NCBI GenBank assembly: GCA_017440585.1
Contig: JAFSGW010000098.1
Location: forward strand, 5,640 to 69,639
Source of the DNA: Clostridia bacterium
GTDB lineage: Bacteria; Bacillota; Clostridia; UMGS1883
Length of the DNA: 64,000 bases
Reading direction: 5' to 3'
The notes below the pieces were generated by a model. The model was not told the origin of the DNA, ran no database searches, and was given only the letters and a program-made list of their open reading frames with translations. The translations under genes were made by a program, and so were the position numbers. Of this stretch, positions 1-7,968 are shown in pieces (within the stretch, counting starts at the first letter, position 1; every line of letters begins with the position of its first letter).

Positions 1-4
1 AATA

Positions 5-694
5 TTAGCCATTTTTCATTACCTCTAAGGCATCCTTTGCCGCCATCTGCTGAGCCTCCTGCTTAGTTCTGCCGCTTCCCGTGCCAAGGATTTTGTTGTT
101 CATTGAAACAGCCATTGTGAATACCTTTGCATGGGCAGGGCCTTCCTCCTTAACGGGAAGGTATTCAATCGTAACGCTTCCTGCCTTCTGCAGTTCCTCC
201 TGAAGGGCTGTTTTATAGTCGCTGTTCAGAAGCCCCTTTGCGGCACTTTCTATAATGTGGCCGTAAGCGTCAAAAATAACCTCCTGAGCCTTTTCAAGCC
301 CACCGTCAAGGTATATTGCCGCCAATGTTGCCTCAACCATGTCCGCAAGTATCGAGGCTCTTTCTCTGCCACCTGTGAGCTCCTCGCCCTTGCCCAAACG
401 GGCAAATTCCCCTATCATGAGCTTTTTTGCAATCTGCGAAAGAGTTGCCTCACAAACAATGTTTGCCCTCATTCTGCTCATTTTGCCCTCGGGGAAATCA
501 GGGTAATTTTTATATATGTACTTACTTGTTAAAAGCTGAAGCACCGCATCACCTAAAAACTCAAGCCTTTCGTAGCTTTCAACCTGCCTCTCGTGGGCAT
601 AGGAGGTGTGGGTAAGTGCCGTTACAATAAGCTCCTTGTTTTTAAATTCATAGCCTAAATTTTTTTCAAAAGCCTGCATATCCATAAAATTCAT
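5..694 (-). CDS. rnc: Ribonuclease III
   Basis: 229-aa ORF with the RNase III signature ERLEFLGDAVL near the N-terminus and a C-terminal dsRNA-binding-like segment (KTALQE...AAKDALE). Confidence 0.94.
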   Translation of the reverse strand: MNFMDMQAFEKNLGYEFKNKELIVTALTHTSYAHERQVESYERLEFLGDAVLQLLTSKYIYKNYPDFPEGKMSRMRANIVCEATLSQIAKKLMIGEFARLGKGEELTGGRERASILADMVEATLAAIYLDGGLEKAQEVIFDAYGHIIESAAKGLLNSDYKTALQEELQKAGSVTIEYLPVKEEGPAHAKVFTMAVSMNNKILGTGSGRTKQEAQQMAAKDALEVMKNG

Positions 695-813
695 AGCCTT
701 TCATGTAATATTACCAAGGGTATTGTATAACAAAATTTCTCAAAGGTCAATATATTTAAAATTCGACAAAAACCCTTCAAACACTACATTTTACGCGGTT
801 TCGCCCCGTTTGG

Positions 814-1011
814 GAATTATGTAAACCTTAAAAAAGTTTTCCACAATTTCCCCAATGTTGAAAACTAAGGTTTCCACCGTCCTTAAAGCCTCATTTTGCG
901 GTTTTGAACAGACTTTTCCACAATTTCCACAGATTTTTTATGTCTTTCATGTGGAAAGTTTAAGGTTTTCCCACATAGCGAAAACCCGTCAAAATCTGGT
1001 TTACATAATTC
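814..1011. repeat. 198-bp element bracketed by perfect 14-bp inverted repeats, containing a cluster of DnaA-box-like 9-mers
   Basis: GAATTATGTAAACC at 814-827 is the exact reverse complement of GGTTTACATAATTC at 998-1011. Inside are TTTTCCACA at 837-845 and 914-922, ATTTCCACA at 923-931 and TGTGGAAAG at 950-958 (reverse orientation). Weaker sites are GTTTCCACC at 870-878 and TTTTCCCACA at 966-975. The 15-mer TTTTCCACAATTTCC is directly repeated at 837-851 and 914-928. Confidence 0.7.
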
Positions 1012-1069
1012 TTTTTTTGTTGTTTTTTTGCAGAAAATCCGACAAATATTTTTAAAAGTAAAATAATTA

Positions 1070-1098
1070 TTGCAAAATAGGGCTTTTAGGCTTATAAT
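1070..1098 (+). promoter_or_regulatory. Sigma-A type promoter for hisD
   Basis: TTGCAA (1070-1075), a 17-nt spacer, then TATAAT (1093-1098). The resulting leader is only about 25 nt, so there is no room for a T-box. Confidence 0.6.
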
Positions 1099-1123
1099 AG
1101 AGGACAAATAATATTTTGGAAGG

Positions 1124-2425
1124 ATGATTTCAGTGAACATATATAAGCTTTCTGAAATGACACAGGCAGAAAAAACAAAAATTATGAAGCGTGCGGAAAC
1201 AGACATTACCGAGCAGATGAAAATTGCGAAGGAAATTTCCGACGAGGTAAGGGACTTTGGCGATGCAGCAGTTTTGAAATATACCGAAAAGTTTGACCGT
1301 GTTACCCTCACACAGGATAAAATAAAGGTTACCCCCGAGGAAATTGAAACAGCCTACAACCGTCTTGACAGTGAAACACGTGAAGCTATTGAATATGCAT
1401 ACAAGAATATTTACGACTTCCACGAAAAGCAGCTCCCTGAGGAAATGTGGTTTACAAATGTTGATCGTGGTCTTATGGTTGGCGAAAAAACAACACCCAT
1501 CGTTGACGTCTGCCTTTACGTGCCCGGCGGTAAGGGAAGCTTCCCCTCTGTGCTTTTAATGCTCGGCGTGCCTGCAAAGGTGGCAGGGGTTGAAAAAATT
1601 GTTGTTGTAACACCTCCCAATTCTAAAGGCGAGGTTGACGATGCAATTTTAACAGCAGCAAAAATTATCGGTATTACTGAAATTTATAAAATGGGCGGTA
1701 TTCAGGCAGTTGCAGCAGTAGCCTACGGCACCGAAACCGTGCCCAAGTGCCACAAAATCATCGGCCCCGGCAACAGCTATGCAACAGCCGCAAAGAGAGT
1801 GCTTGCACAGCAGATAGATGCAGGCTTGCCTGCAGGCCCAAGTGAGGTTATCATTTTAGCCGACGAAAAGGCAGACCCCGAAAAGGTTGCTCTTGACTGG
1901 ATGATTGAAGCGGAGCACGGTCCCGATTCCTCTGCACTTCTGGTTACACACTCAAAAGAGCTTGTTGAAAAGGTTCTTCCCATTATTGAGCGTCAGAAGG
2001 GAAAAATTTCTGAAAGAAGAAAGAGCTTTATTGAAGCTGTTGAAAATGGCTACGGCGGTGTTATCCTTACAGATTCTTTAGCTGAGAGCGTTCAGTTTGT
2101 TAACGACTATGCTCCCGAGCATATGGAGGTTATGTGCGAAAAGCCCTTCGATGTTCTTCCCGACATTAAAAATGCAGGTGAAATCCTTCTTGGTGACTAC
2201 ACACCCGTAACACTCTGCAACTTCCTTTTAGGACCTAATGCAATTCTTCCCACAGGCGGTTTTGCAAAAACATATTCTTCTGTTTCCGTGTTTGACTTCT
2301 TAAAGCGTTCCTCCATCGGCTATGCATCACGTGAAGGCTTCGAAAGAGTACGTGACTTTGCATATAAGATGGCAACGGTTGAAGGCTTTGACACACACGG
2401 CTTAGCAGTAAAAGAACGCAAATAA
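1124..2425 (+). CDS. hisD: Histidinol dehydrogenase
   Basis: 433-aa ORF with HisD-type motifs (IEAEHGPDSS, YAPEHMEV). The RBS GGAAGGA abuts the ATG at 1124, so the GTG at 1133 may be the true start. Confidence 0.93.
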   Translation: MISVNIYKLSEMTQAEKTKIMKRAETDITEQMKIAKEISDEVRDFGDAAVLKYTEKFDRVTLTQDKIKVTPEEIETAYNRLDSETREAIEYAYKNIYDFHEKQLPEEMWFTNVDRGLMVGEKTTPIVDVCLYVPGGKGSFPSVLLMLGVPAKVAGVEKIVVVTPPNSKGEVDDAILTAAKIIGITEIYKMGGIQAVAAVAYGTETVPKCHKIIGPGNSYATAAKRVLAQQIDAGLPAGPSEVIILADEKADPEKVALDWMIEAEHGPDSSALLVTHSKELVEKVLPIIERQKGKISERRKSFIEAVENGYGGVILTDSLAESVQFVNDYAPEHMEVMCEKPFDVLPDIKNAGEILLGDYTPVTLCNFLLGPNAILPTGGFAKTYSSVSVFDFLKRSSIGYASREGFERVRDFAYKMATVEGFDTHGLAVKERK

Positions 2426-2445
2426 CAGTTGCCCCCTTCATTTTA

Positions 2446-2561
2446 CTGCAACCCACTTCGGGGACATTCCCTACCCGATGTCAGCCCACAATTTCGTTTT
2501 TCTCCCAACTAAATGAAAAATGAATGAATGGGTGTGTCCCCGTACCACTGAAAAATGTTGC
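2446..2561 (+). repeat. Structured intercistronic element, copy A (homologous ends with copy B at 34974-35085)
   Basis: The 5' end CTGCAACCCAC..GGGGACA and the 3' end TGTCCCC-N10-AAAATGTTGC match copy B. There are nested stems: ACTGCAAC (2445-2452) with GTTGCAGT (2557-2564), and CGGGGACA (2459-2466) with TGTCCCCG (2535-2542). Confidence 0.5.
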
Positions 2562-2609
2562 AGTGGTCCCAGATAAAGGTAAACTGATATAACAAAAGGA
2601 TTGATTTAA

Positions 2610-3224
2610 ATGATTAAAGTAACCCGTAAAACATCAGAAAGCACCATGCAGGTATGTCTTTCCGACGGTCCCGTTAAGAAGGACTACAGAAGCAAAATAA
2701 GAACTCCCCTCCCCTTTCTGAATCATATGATTGAACAGACAGTGTGGAGAAGTGGCTTTAATATTGAAGCTTCGGTTAACCTTACCGACTTCTGCCTTGC
2801 CCACCTTGTAACAGAGGATTTGGGTCAGGCACTTGGTAAAGCCTTTGCAAGAAAGCTTGAAACGCAGGATGGCGTTATGGGCTTTGGCGACGGCTTCGGT
2901 ATGATTGACGAGGCACTTGCCCACACAACCATAAGCTTTGAACAGCGTGCCTTTTTTGGCTTTTATCCTGCAGTTTCCATTCCCGAAAATGTTGAGGGTA
3001 TGGCGTCGGAAGAGCTTCTCGTTTTCCTCGATGCCTTCTGTCAGGGTGCAAACTGCACAGTACAGATTGACCTTACACGTGGCGAAAACACTCACCACAT
3101 ATGGGAGGCAGTTTTCCGTTCCTTCGGCATTGCCCTTAAAAATGCCTTTACCGTTGATGAAAGCCGCAAAGGCATGACAAGCGGCGTTGCAGGCAAAGTT
3201 TTGTTTGAAGTTGAGGAAATCTGA
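2610..3224 (+). CDS. hisB: Imidazoleglycerol-phosphate dehydratase-like protein (divergent)
   Basis: 204 aa. IGPD-like blocks FLNHMIEQ, MIDEAL and ENTHHIWEAVFRSFG are present. The canonical DDHHTVED block reads LAHLVTED, and the block aligned to TELVHEF reads SEELLVF. Confidence 0.7.
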   Translation: MIKVTRKTSESTMQVCLSDGPVKKDYRSKIRTPLPFLNHMIEQTVWRSGFNIEASVNLTDFCLAHLVTEDLGQALGKAFARKLETQDGVMGFGDGFGMIDEALAHTTISFEQRAFFGFYPAVSIPENVEGMASEELLVFLDAFCQGANCTVQIDLTRGENTHHIWEAVFRSFGIALKNAFTVDESRKGMTSGVAGKVLFEVEEI

Positions 3225-4267
3225 TGGCAAAGTGTGCACAATTTCTTGATAAATATGAATATATAATTTTCGACATGGACGGGGTTATAACGAGTGAAGA
3301 GAATTACTGGGACATTGCCGCCTTAACGGTTTATGAGCTACTTAATTCCTCACGCTATTACGGCAACGAACAGCTTGACGTTATTGACTGCCTCAACCGT
3401 GTTAAGGAAATCCGCAGTGAGGTTTTTTATAACGATAAAATCATAACCCTTGTAAAAGAGCGTGGCGTAAACTCAAACTGGGACTTGGGCTATGTGGTTT
3501 TTGCCTATATGCTCACAAAAAAGTGCGAAAGCTACAAGGCAGTTTATGACTATATTAAAGAAAGCTCCCTTATGGCATTTGACCTTTATGAGGAATGTGC
3601 CCGTCTTTTAGCAGATAAGCTTAACCTTCCCGTGGAATTATGCCGAAGGAATGAAACAATATGGAATATGTGCCGTGACGTGTTTCAGGAATGGTACTTC
3701 GGAAGTGACGAATTTGAGGTTTTCTACAACACAAAGCCCCGTATGCCCGGCAAATTATCTATGGAAATGCGTGAGGTGCCTGCAATAGAGCTTTCCGATG
3801 TGCTCGCTGTTTTAAAAACACTTAAGGATGGTGGCAAAAAGCTTATGATTGCCACCGGCAGAAGTGACCGTGACGTTTCAAACCCCATGGCACTCTGGGA
3901 CATAAGAAAGTATTTTGAGAGCGATGCCATTGCAACCTATACCCATATAATGAACGCGGAGGAAAATTTCCTCAAAGAGGGTAAAAAGGTTATTTTAACA
4001 AAGCCCGAGCCCTATATTTTCCTCAAGGCTCTTTACCGCACAACCTGCCCCGATGGAAAAATTATTGCGGGTGATTACGACAAAAGCCTTCTTTCCAAAG
4101 CACTTGTTGTAGGCGATGCAGGGAGCGACCTTTTTGCCGCAAAGCGTATGGGCTGTGACTTTCTGGCAGTGCTCACAGGCGTTTCAGGTGAAAAGGCAAA
4201 GGGCTACTTTGAAAAGGAAAATGCAGAGTACATTCTGCCCTCAATTAAGGAAATGATTACATATTGA
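3224..4267 (+). CDS. HAD-superfamily hydrolase with a large cap insertion (candidate histidinol-phosphate phosphatase)
   Basis: 347 aa. HAD motif I is FDMDGVIT, motif II is IATGRS, motif III is the Lys in LTKPEP and motif IV is VVGDAGSDLFAAK. The start ATG overlaps the hisB-like stop (cTGATGg), which indicates translational coupling. Confidence 0.75.
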   Translation: MAKCAQFLDKYEYIIFDMDGVITSEENYWDIAALTVYELLNSSRYYGNEQLDVIDCLNRVKEIRSEVFYNDKIITLVKERGVNSNWDLGYVVFAYMLTKKCESYKAVYDYIKESSLMAFDLYEECARLLADKLNLPVELCRRNETIWNMCRDVFQEWYFGSDEFEVFYNTKPRMPGKLSMEMREVPAIELSDVLAVLKTLKDGGKKLMIATGRSDRDVSNPMALWDIRKYFESDAIATYTHIMNAEENFLKEGKKVILTKPEPYIFLKALYRTTCPDGKIIAGDYDKSLLSKALVVGDAGSDLFAAKRMGCDFLAVLTGVSGEKAKGYFEKENAEYILPSIKEMITY

Positions 4268-4325
4268 CATTTCCGGCAATAATGAATATAATTGTGTAAA
4301 GAATTTTTTTACGGAGGTAATTATT

Positions 4326-4529
4326 ATGGCACAGGTAACTAAGGATACAATTATTATGGACGTTTTGAGGATTGACCCCGAAACAGCTCCCATCTTTTTT
4401 GAAATCGGTATGCACTGCTTGGGTTGCCCCTCAGCATCAGGCGAAAGCTTGGAGCAGGCAGCACTTGTTCACGGTGTTGACCCCGATGAACTCGTTCAGA
4501 AGATTAATGACTTCTTAGAAAGCAAGTAA
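4326..4529 (+). CDS. DUF1858 / hybrid-cluster-protein-associated redox disulfide domain protein
   Basis: 67 aa with the characteristic MHCLGCPSA CxxC segment and an overall pattern typical of this small family (DTIIMDVL...APIFFEIGMHCLGCP...ESLEQAA..HGVD). Confidence 0.7.
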   Translation: MAQVTKDTIIMDVLRIDPETAPIFFEIGMHCLGCPSASGESLEQAALVHGVDPDELVQKINDFLESK

Positions 4530-4537
4530 TTAAACTG

Positions 4538-4568
4538 AAAGCTCTATGCTTTGGCATAGAGCTTTTTT
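4538..4568. terminator. Bidirectional rho-independent terminator
   Basis: Stem AAAGCTCTATGC / GCATAGAGCTTT with loop TTTG, followed by a T-run. It lies between convergent genes and overlaps the 3' end of the ylbJ-like ORF. Confidence 0.7.
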
Positions 4569-5488
4569 ATTGCCTTTACGGAAACCGTTACCGCCAAAAA
4601 TGCCAGAAGTGACAGCAAAACAGTTTCCTTACAGAAAAATGGTCTTTCTGTTATTATGTACATAATTAAAAATGCAACCGATGCACTTAATATTTTCCCT
4701 TTAACGTACCACTTCAGGCTTAAATTGTGGGTGCTTAATATAGCCGCACTCTGTGAAAAAACCCCAAAACCGCCCAATGTGAAGAAAAACGCCGCCAAAG
4801 GAAGGCTATGTGCCTTTCCTGCATGCATAATGCCCTTTGTCATTTCCACACAGCCTTCAAGAAAGGGGAAACTTTCAAGCCCCAGGGCATTGGAAATTGC
4901 ATAAAAAACAATAAAGGAGGATGCAATATTTAAAATAACCCCTCCACCTGAGGCAACGCTTTTGCCCAAAACTGTCATAAAAGGCAGTTTTTCTTTTTTT
5001 GTGGCGAAAACTTCTCTTTCACGGCTTTTGCCAAGCAGTATTGCCGTAACAAGTGCCGAAACTGCGGAAACTGCAAAAACCAATCCCCCTGCCCCTTTGG
5101 AATTAAAAATGCCCTCCCCAACCACGTTCAAGGCAAAAATAAGCCCTCCGTTATTTGCATAGGCAAGGGTTTTTTCCGCCTCCTCTTTTTCAATAAGCCC
5201 TTCCTGATACATATCCCCAACCATTTTACAGCCCGTGGGGTAGCCCGCTAAAAGCCCCGTAAAAAGAGCAGTCATGCCGTAGGGGTTAATGCGAAAAAGC
5301 CTTGCAAGAGGCATAAAAAACCGCCCGAGCCTTTCAGAAAAGCCCGAATAAACAAGAGCACAGCACATTACAGAAAAGGGCAGGATGGAAACTATAACAG
5401 TGTCAAAGGCAACCCTTAGCCCCTCCTCTGCCCCCTCACGTGCCCCCTCGGGAAAAAGAATGAGAATAATAAGAACCAATACAAACAT
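4544..5488 (-). CDS. ylbJ: Sporulation integral membrane protein YlbJ-like (nucleoside-recognition domain membrane protein)
   Basis: 314-aa polytopic membrane ORF with YlbJ-like N-terminal wording (EGAREGAEEGLRVAFDTVIVSILPFSVM). It is shorter than the roughly 400-aa B. subtilis protein. Confidence 0.7.
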   Translation of the reverse strand: MFVLVLIILILFPEGAREGAEEGLRVAFDTVIVSILPFSVMCCALVYSGFSERLGRFFMPLARLFRINPYGMTALFTGLLAGYPTGCKMVGDMYQEGLIEKEEAEKTLAYANNGGLIFALNVVGEGIFNSKGAGGLVFAVSAVSALVTAILLGKSREREVFATKKEKLPFMTVLGKSVASGGGVILNIASSFIVFYAISNALGLESFPFLEGCVEMTKGIMHAGKAHSLPLAAFFFTLGGFGVFSQSAAILSTHNLSLKWYVKGKILSASVAFLIMYIITERPFFCKETVLLSLLAFLAVTVSVKAIKKLYAKA

Positions 5489-5542
5489 AATTCATCCCCT
5501 CCTTTAATAAATATATGTATAGTTTACCGAAAGGATGATTTT

Positions 5543-5827
5543 ATGGCTGAAACAAAAAAGAAGGCAAAAGGCCTTCTCTCCCGTGCGGAGGGTGTGCTGG
5601 ATGTGGCACAGGGCACGCTTAATAACCTTCCCAACATAACCCTTTACGGCACATCCTTAGTTGAAATTGATAACTTCAGGTCCCTGTTGGATTTTTCCGA
5701 AGGCTCCGTAAGGGTTAACACCACAGACGGCATCGTGAGGCTTGACGGCATTGCACTTCACTTAGCATATATGACCGACGAAAGCATAGCCGTAAAGGGC
5801 AGTATTAAAAATCTCAGCTTTGAATAG
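5543..5827 (+). CDS. yqfC: Sporulation protein YqfC (YabP family)
   Basis: 94 aa with a YabP/YqfC-like pattern (NITLYGTSLVEIDNFRSLLDFSEGSVRVNT). It sits immediately upstream of, and overlaps, yqfD, as in Bacillus. Confidence 0.8.
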   Translation: MAETKKKAKGLLSRAEGVLDVAQGTLNNLPNITLYGTSLVEIDNFRSLLDFSEGSVRVNTTDGIVRLDGIALHLAYMTDESIAVKGSIKNLSFE

Positions 5828-7025
5828 GAGAGTGGCAATGAAGCTTAAAGTTATAGATTTTCTCTTCGGTGCCTGCAAAATAAAGGCTACGGGCACATTT
5901 TTGGAAAGAATAATTAACATAGCCACACAAAAGGGCATTTTTTTGCGGAGCATTACCACATCGGGTGAAAAAAGCATTACCTTCACCGTAAGCCGACGTG
6001 GTGCAGAAATGCTTTTAAATGAGCCCTTATGCGAGGGCATTGAAATTGAGATTGTGGAAAAAAGCGGTCTTCCCTACATATTCTCCGCCAGAAAAGGCCG
6101 CCGTGTGGCACTTTTTGCACCCCTTCTCATTATGGTTTTTCTTTTTTTGTCCACACAGATTATATGGCACGTAAATGTAATCGATGCCACGCGTGAGGAA
6201 GAGGAGCTTATTTTAGCTGAGCTTAAAAAGCTTGGGGTAAAAAAAGGAGCCTTCAAGTTTACCATTGACCAGAGCCACGTTAAAAACCGGATCCTTATCG
6301 ACAACCCATCCCTTATGTGGCTTTGGGTTGACCTTAAGGGTGCAAGTGCCATTGTAAAGTTTGCCCCCCGTGACATGGCTCCACCTCTTTACGATGAAAA
6401 CGAGTTTTACAACGTATACTCCACCCGTGACGCGGTTATAACAAAAATAACAGCCACCAACGGAGTAGCGAAGGTTAAAGTGGGCGACACGGTTTTAAAG
6501 GGTCAGCTTTTAATTGAGGGCACTATGCCCGAGGACGGGGAAAGCATAAAATATATCCATGCCACGGGTGAGGTTTTAGGCTCTGTATGGGAGGAAAAAA
6601 CCGTTATAATACCAAAGAAAAAGGAAATACGAACCCCAAATGGTGAAAAGGTGGAGCATTTATCAATAAAATTTAAAAATTTTCTTGTAAAACTTTACAT
6701 AAACAGTAGCATTTCATACCCGGATTATGATATTATAGAGAATAATAGGATTATTGTACCCTTTGGCCCTCTTTTTACAAAAAAGGAGTATATTGCGGTG
6801 GATGTAACATATGAGGAGAATAACATCCCTTTAATGCAGAAGGCTTATGAAAGTGAGTTTTATGCCTCGCTTACAGATAAGGGCTACAGCATAAATTACA
6901 AAGAATCTTTAATTAACGATAAGGGGGACAGCGTGCACCTTACAATGCGTGCATTGTGCGAGGAGCCCGTTGCCACAGAGCGGAGGATGAACCTTGGAGA
7001 AAATTATTCAGGCACAGACAATTGA
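5820..7025 (+). CDS. yqfD: Sporulation protein YqfD
   Basis: 401 aa with one TM segment after about 95 aa. It has the conserved position between yqfC and phoH, and its size and architecture are typical of YqfD. Confidence 0.8.
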   Translation: MNRRVAMKLKVIDFLFGACKIKATGTFLERIINIATQKGIFLRSITTSGEKSITFTVSRRGAEMLLNEPLCEGIEIEIVEKSGLPYIFSARKGRRVALFAPLLIMVFLFLSTQIIWHVNVIDATREEEELILAELKKLGVKKGAFKFTIDQSHVKNRILIDNPSLMWLWVDLKGASAIVKFAPRDMAPPLYDENEFYNVYSTRDAVITKITATNGVAKVKVGDTVLKGQLLIEGTMPEDGESIKYIHATGEVLGSVWEEKTVIIPKKKEIRTPNGEKVEHLSIKFKNFLVKLYINSSISYPDYDIIENNRIIVPFGPLFTKKEYIAVDVTYEENNIPLMQKAYESEFYASLTDKGYSINYKESLINDKGDSVHLTMRALCEEPVATERRMNLGENYSGTDN

Positions 7026-7953
7026 TGAAACAATAGCCGTTTTCGGAAGCTTTGATTTCAACATAAAGCTTATGGAAAAGGCGTTTGATGTTAAAATAAC
7101 AAACAGAGGTGAAACAATTAAGGTTGTGGGCGAGGATGAAGCATGTGAAAAGACAGCCTCGGTTTTTGAAAACCTTTTTGCCCTGGTTTCTAACGGTGAA
7201 GAGGTTACGGAGCAGGCGGTACGCTATGCAATCGACATGGCACAGGCAGGTCTTTCTCCTGACTATGCAAAAAGTGCCGACACTATCTGCATATCTTCTA
7301 AAGGCAGACCCGTAAAGTGCAAAACAAAGGGGCAGCAGGCATATGTTGACAAAATAAGGAACAACACCGTTGTTATTGCCATAGGCCCTGCAGGTACGGG
7401 CAAAACCTACCTTGCCGTTGCCATGGCTGTGGATGCCTTCCGTAAAAAAGAGGTTTCCCGTATTATCCTTACACGCCCTGCCGTTGAAGCAGGTGAAAAA
7501 CTGGGCTTTCTTCCCGGTGATTTGCAGATGAAGGTTGACCCTTACTTAAGACCTCTTTATGATGCTTTATCTGACATGCTCGGCTTTGAAAACTATCAGA
7601 AGTACGTTGAACGTGGCTCAATAGAGGTTGCACCCCTTGCCTACATGCGAGGCAGAACCCTTGACGATGCCTTCATCATCCTTGACGAAGCGCAGAACAC
7701 CACCCCCGAGCAGATGAAAATGTTCTTAACACGTATCGGCTTTGGCTCACGCTGTGTTATAACGGGTGACGTTACACAGATTGACCTTCCCGACGGTAAA
7801 AGAAGCGGTCTTAAGGAGGCTGTAAAAATCCTTAAGGGCATTGAAAACCTGGCAATATGCCACCTTTCCGCATCGGACATTGTCCGTCACCCCCTTGTGC
7901 AGAAGATTATAGCCGCATACGAAAAATACGAAGCAAAACGAAACTCTCACTGA
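6994..7953 (+). CDS. phoH: PhoH-family ATPase
   Basis: 319 aa. It has the Walker A motif [13 protein letters not shown], the ILDEAQN Walker B-like block and the PhoH C-terminal pattern RHPLVQKI. Confidence 0.93.
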   Translation: MEKIIQAQTIDETIAVFGSFDFNIKLMEKAFDVKITNRGETIKVVGEDEACEKTASVFENLFALVSNGEEVTEQAVRYAIDMAQAGLSPDYAKSADTICISSKGRPVKCKTKGQQAYVDKIRNNTVVIAIGPAGTGKTYLAVAMAVDAFRKKEVSRIILTRPAVEAGEKLGFLPGDLQMKVDPYLRPLYDALSDMLGFENYQKYVERGSIEVAPLAYMRGRTLDDAFIILDEAQNTTPEQMKMFLTRIGFGSRCVITGDVTQIDLPDGKRSGLKEAVKILKGIENLAICHLSASDIVRHPLVQKIIAAYEKYEAKRNSH

Positions 7954-7968
7954 AAAGGAGCTTTATAA

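Noticed and set aside
814-1011. Interpretation of the DnaA-box cluster as the chromosomal origin (oriC)
   Set aside because: There is no adjacent dnaA or dnaN and no obvious AT-rich 13-mer/DUE arrangement. Only two boxes are within one mismatch of consensus. I keep it as a DnaA-box-like cluster or MITE-like element instead.
1099-1123. T-box or riboswitch leaders upstream of the his clusters (1.1 kb and 43.2 kb) and the aro operon (27.0 kb)
   Set aside because: At hisD and aroB the predicted promoters leave leaders of only about 25-30 nt. Upstream of hisZ I found no convincing promoter and saw no specifier-loop or T-box sequence. No such motif was seen at any of the three.
855-1311. ORFs 855-1055 (+) and 883-1311 (-) in the rnc-hisD spacer
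   Set aside because: They cover the inverted-repeat/DnaA-box element, the hisD promoter and the hisD 5' end. They have low-complexity, non-protein-like sequences and no RBS.
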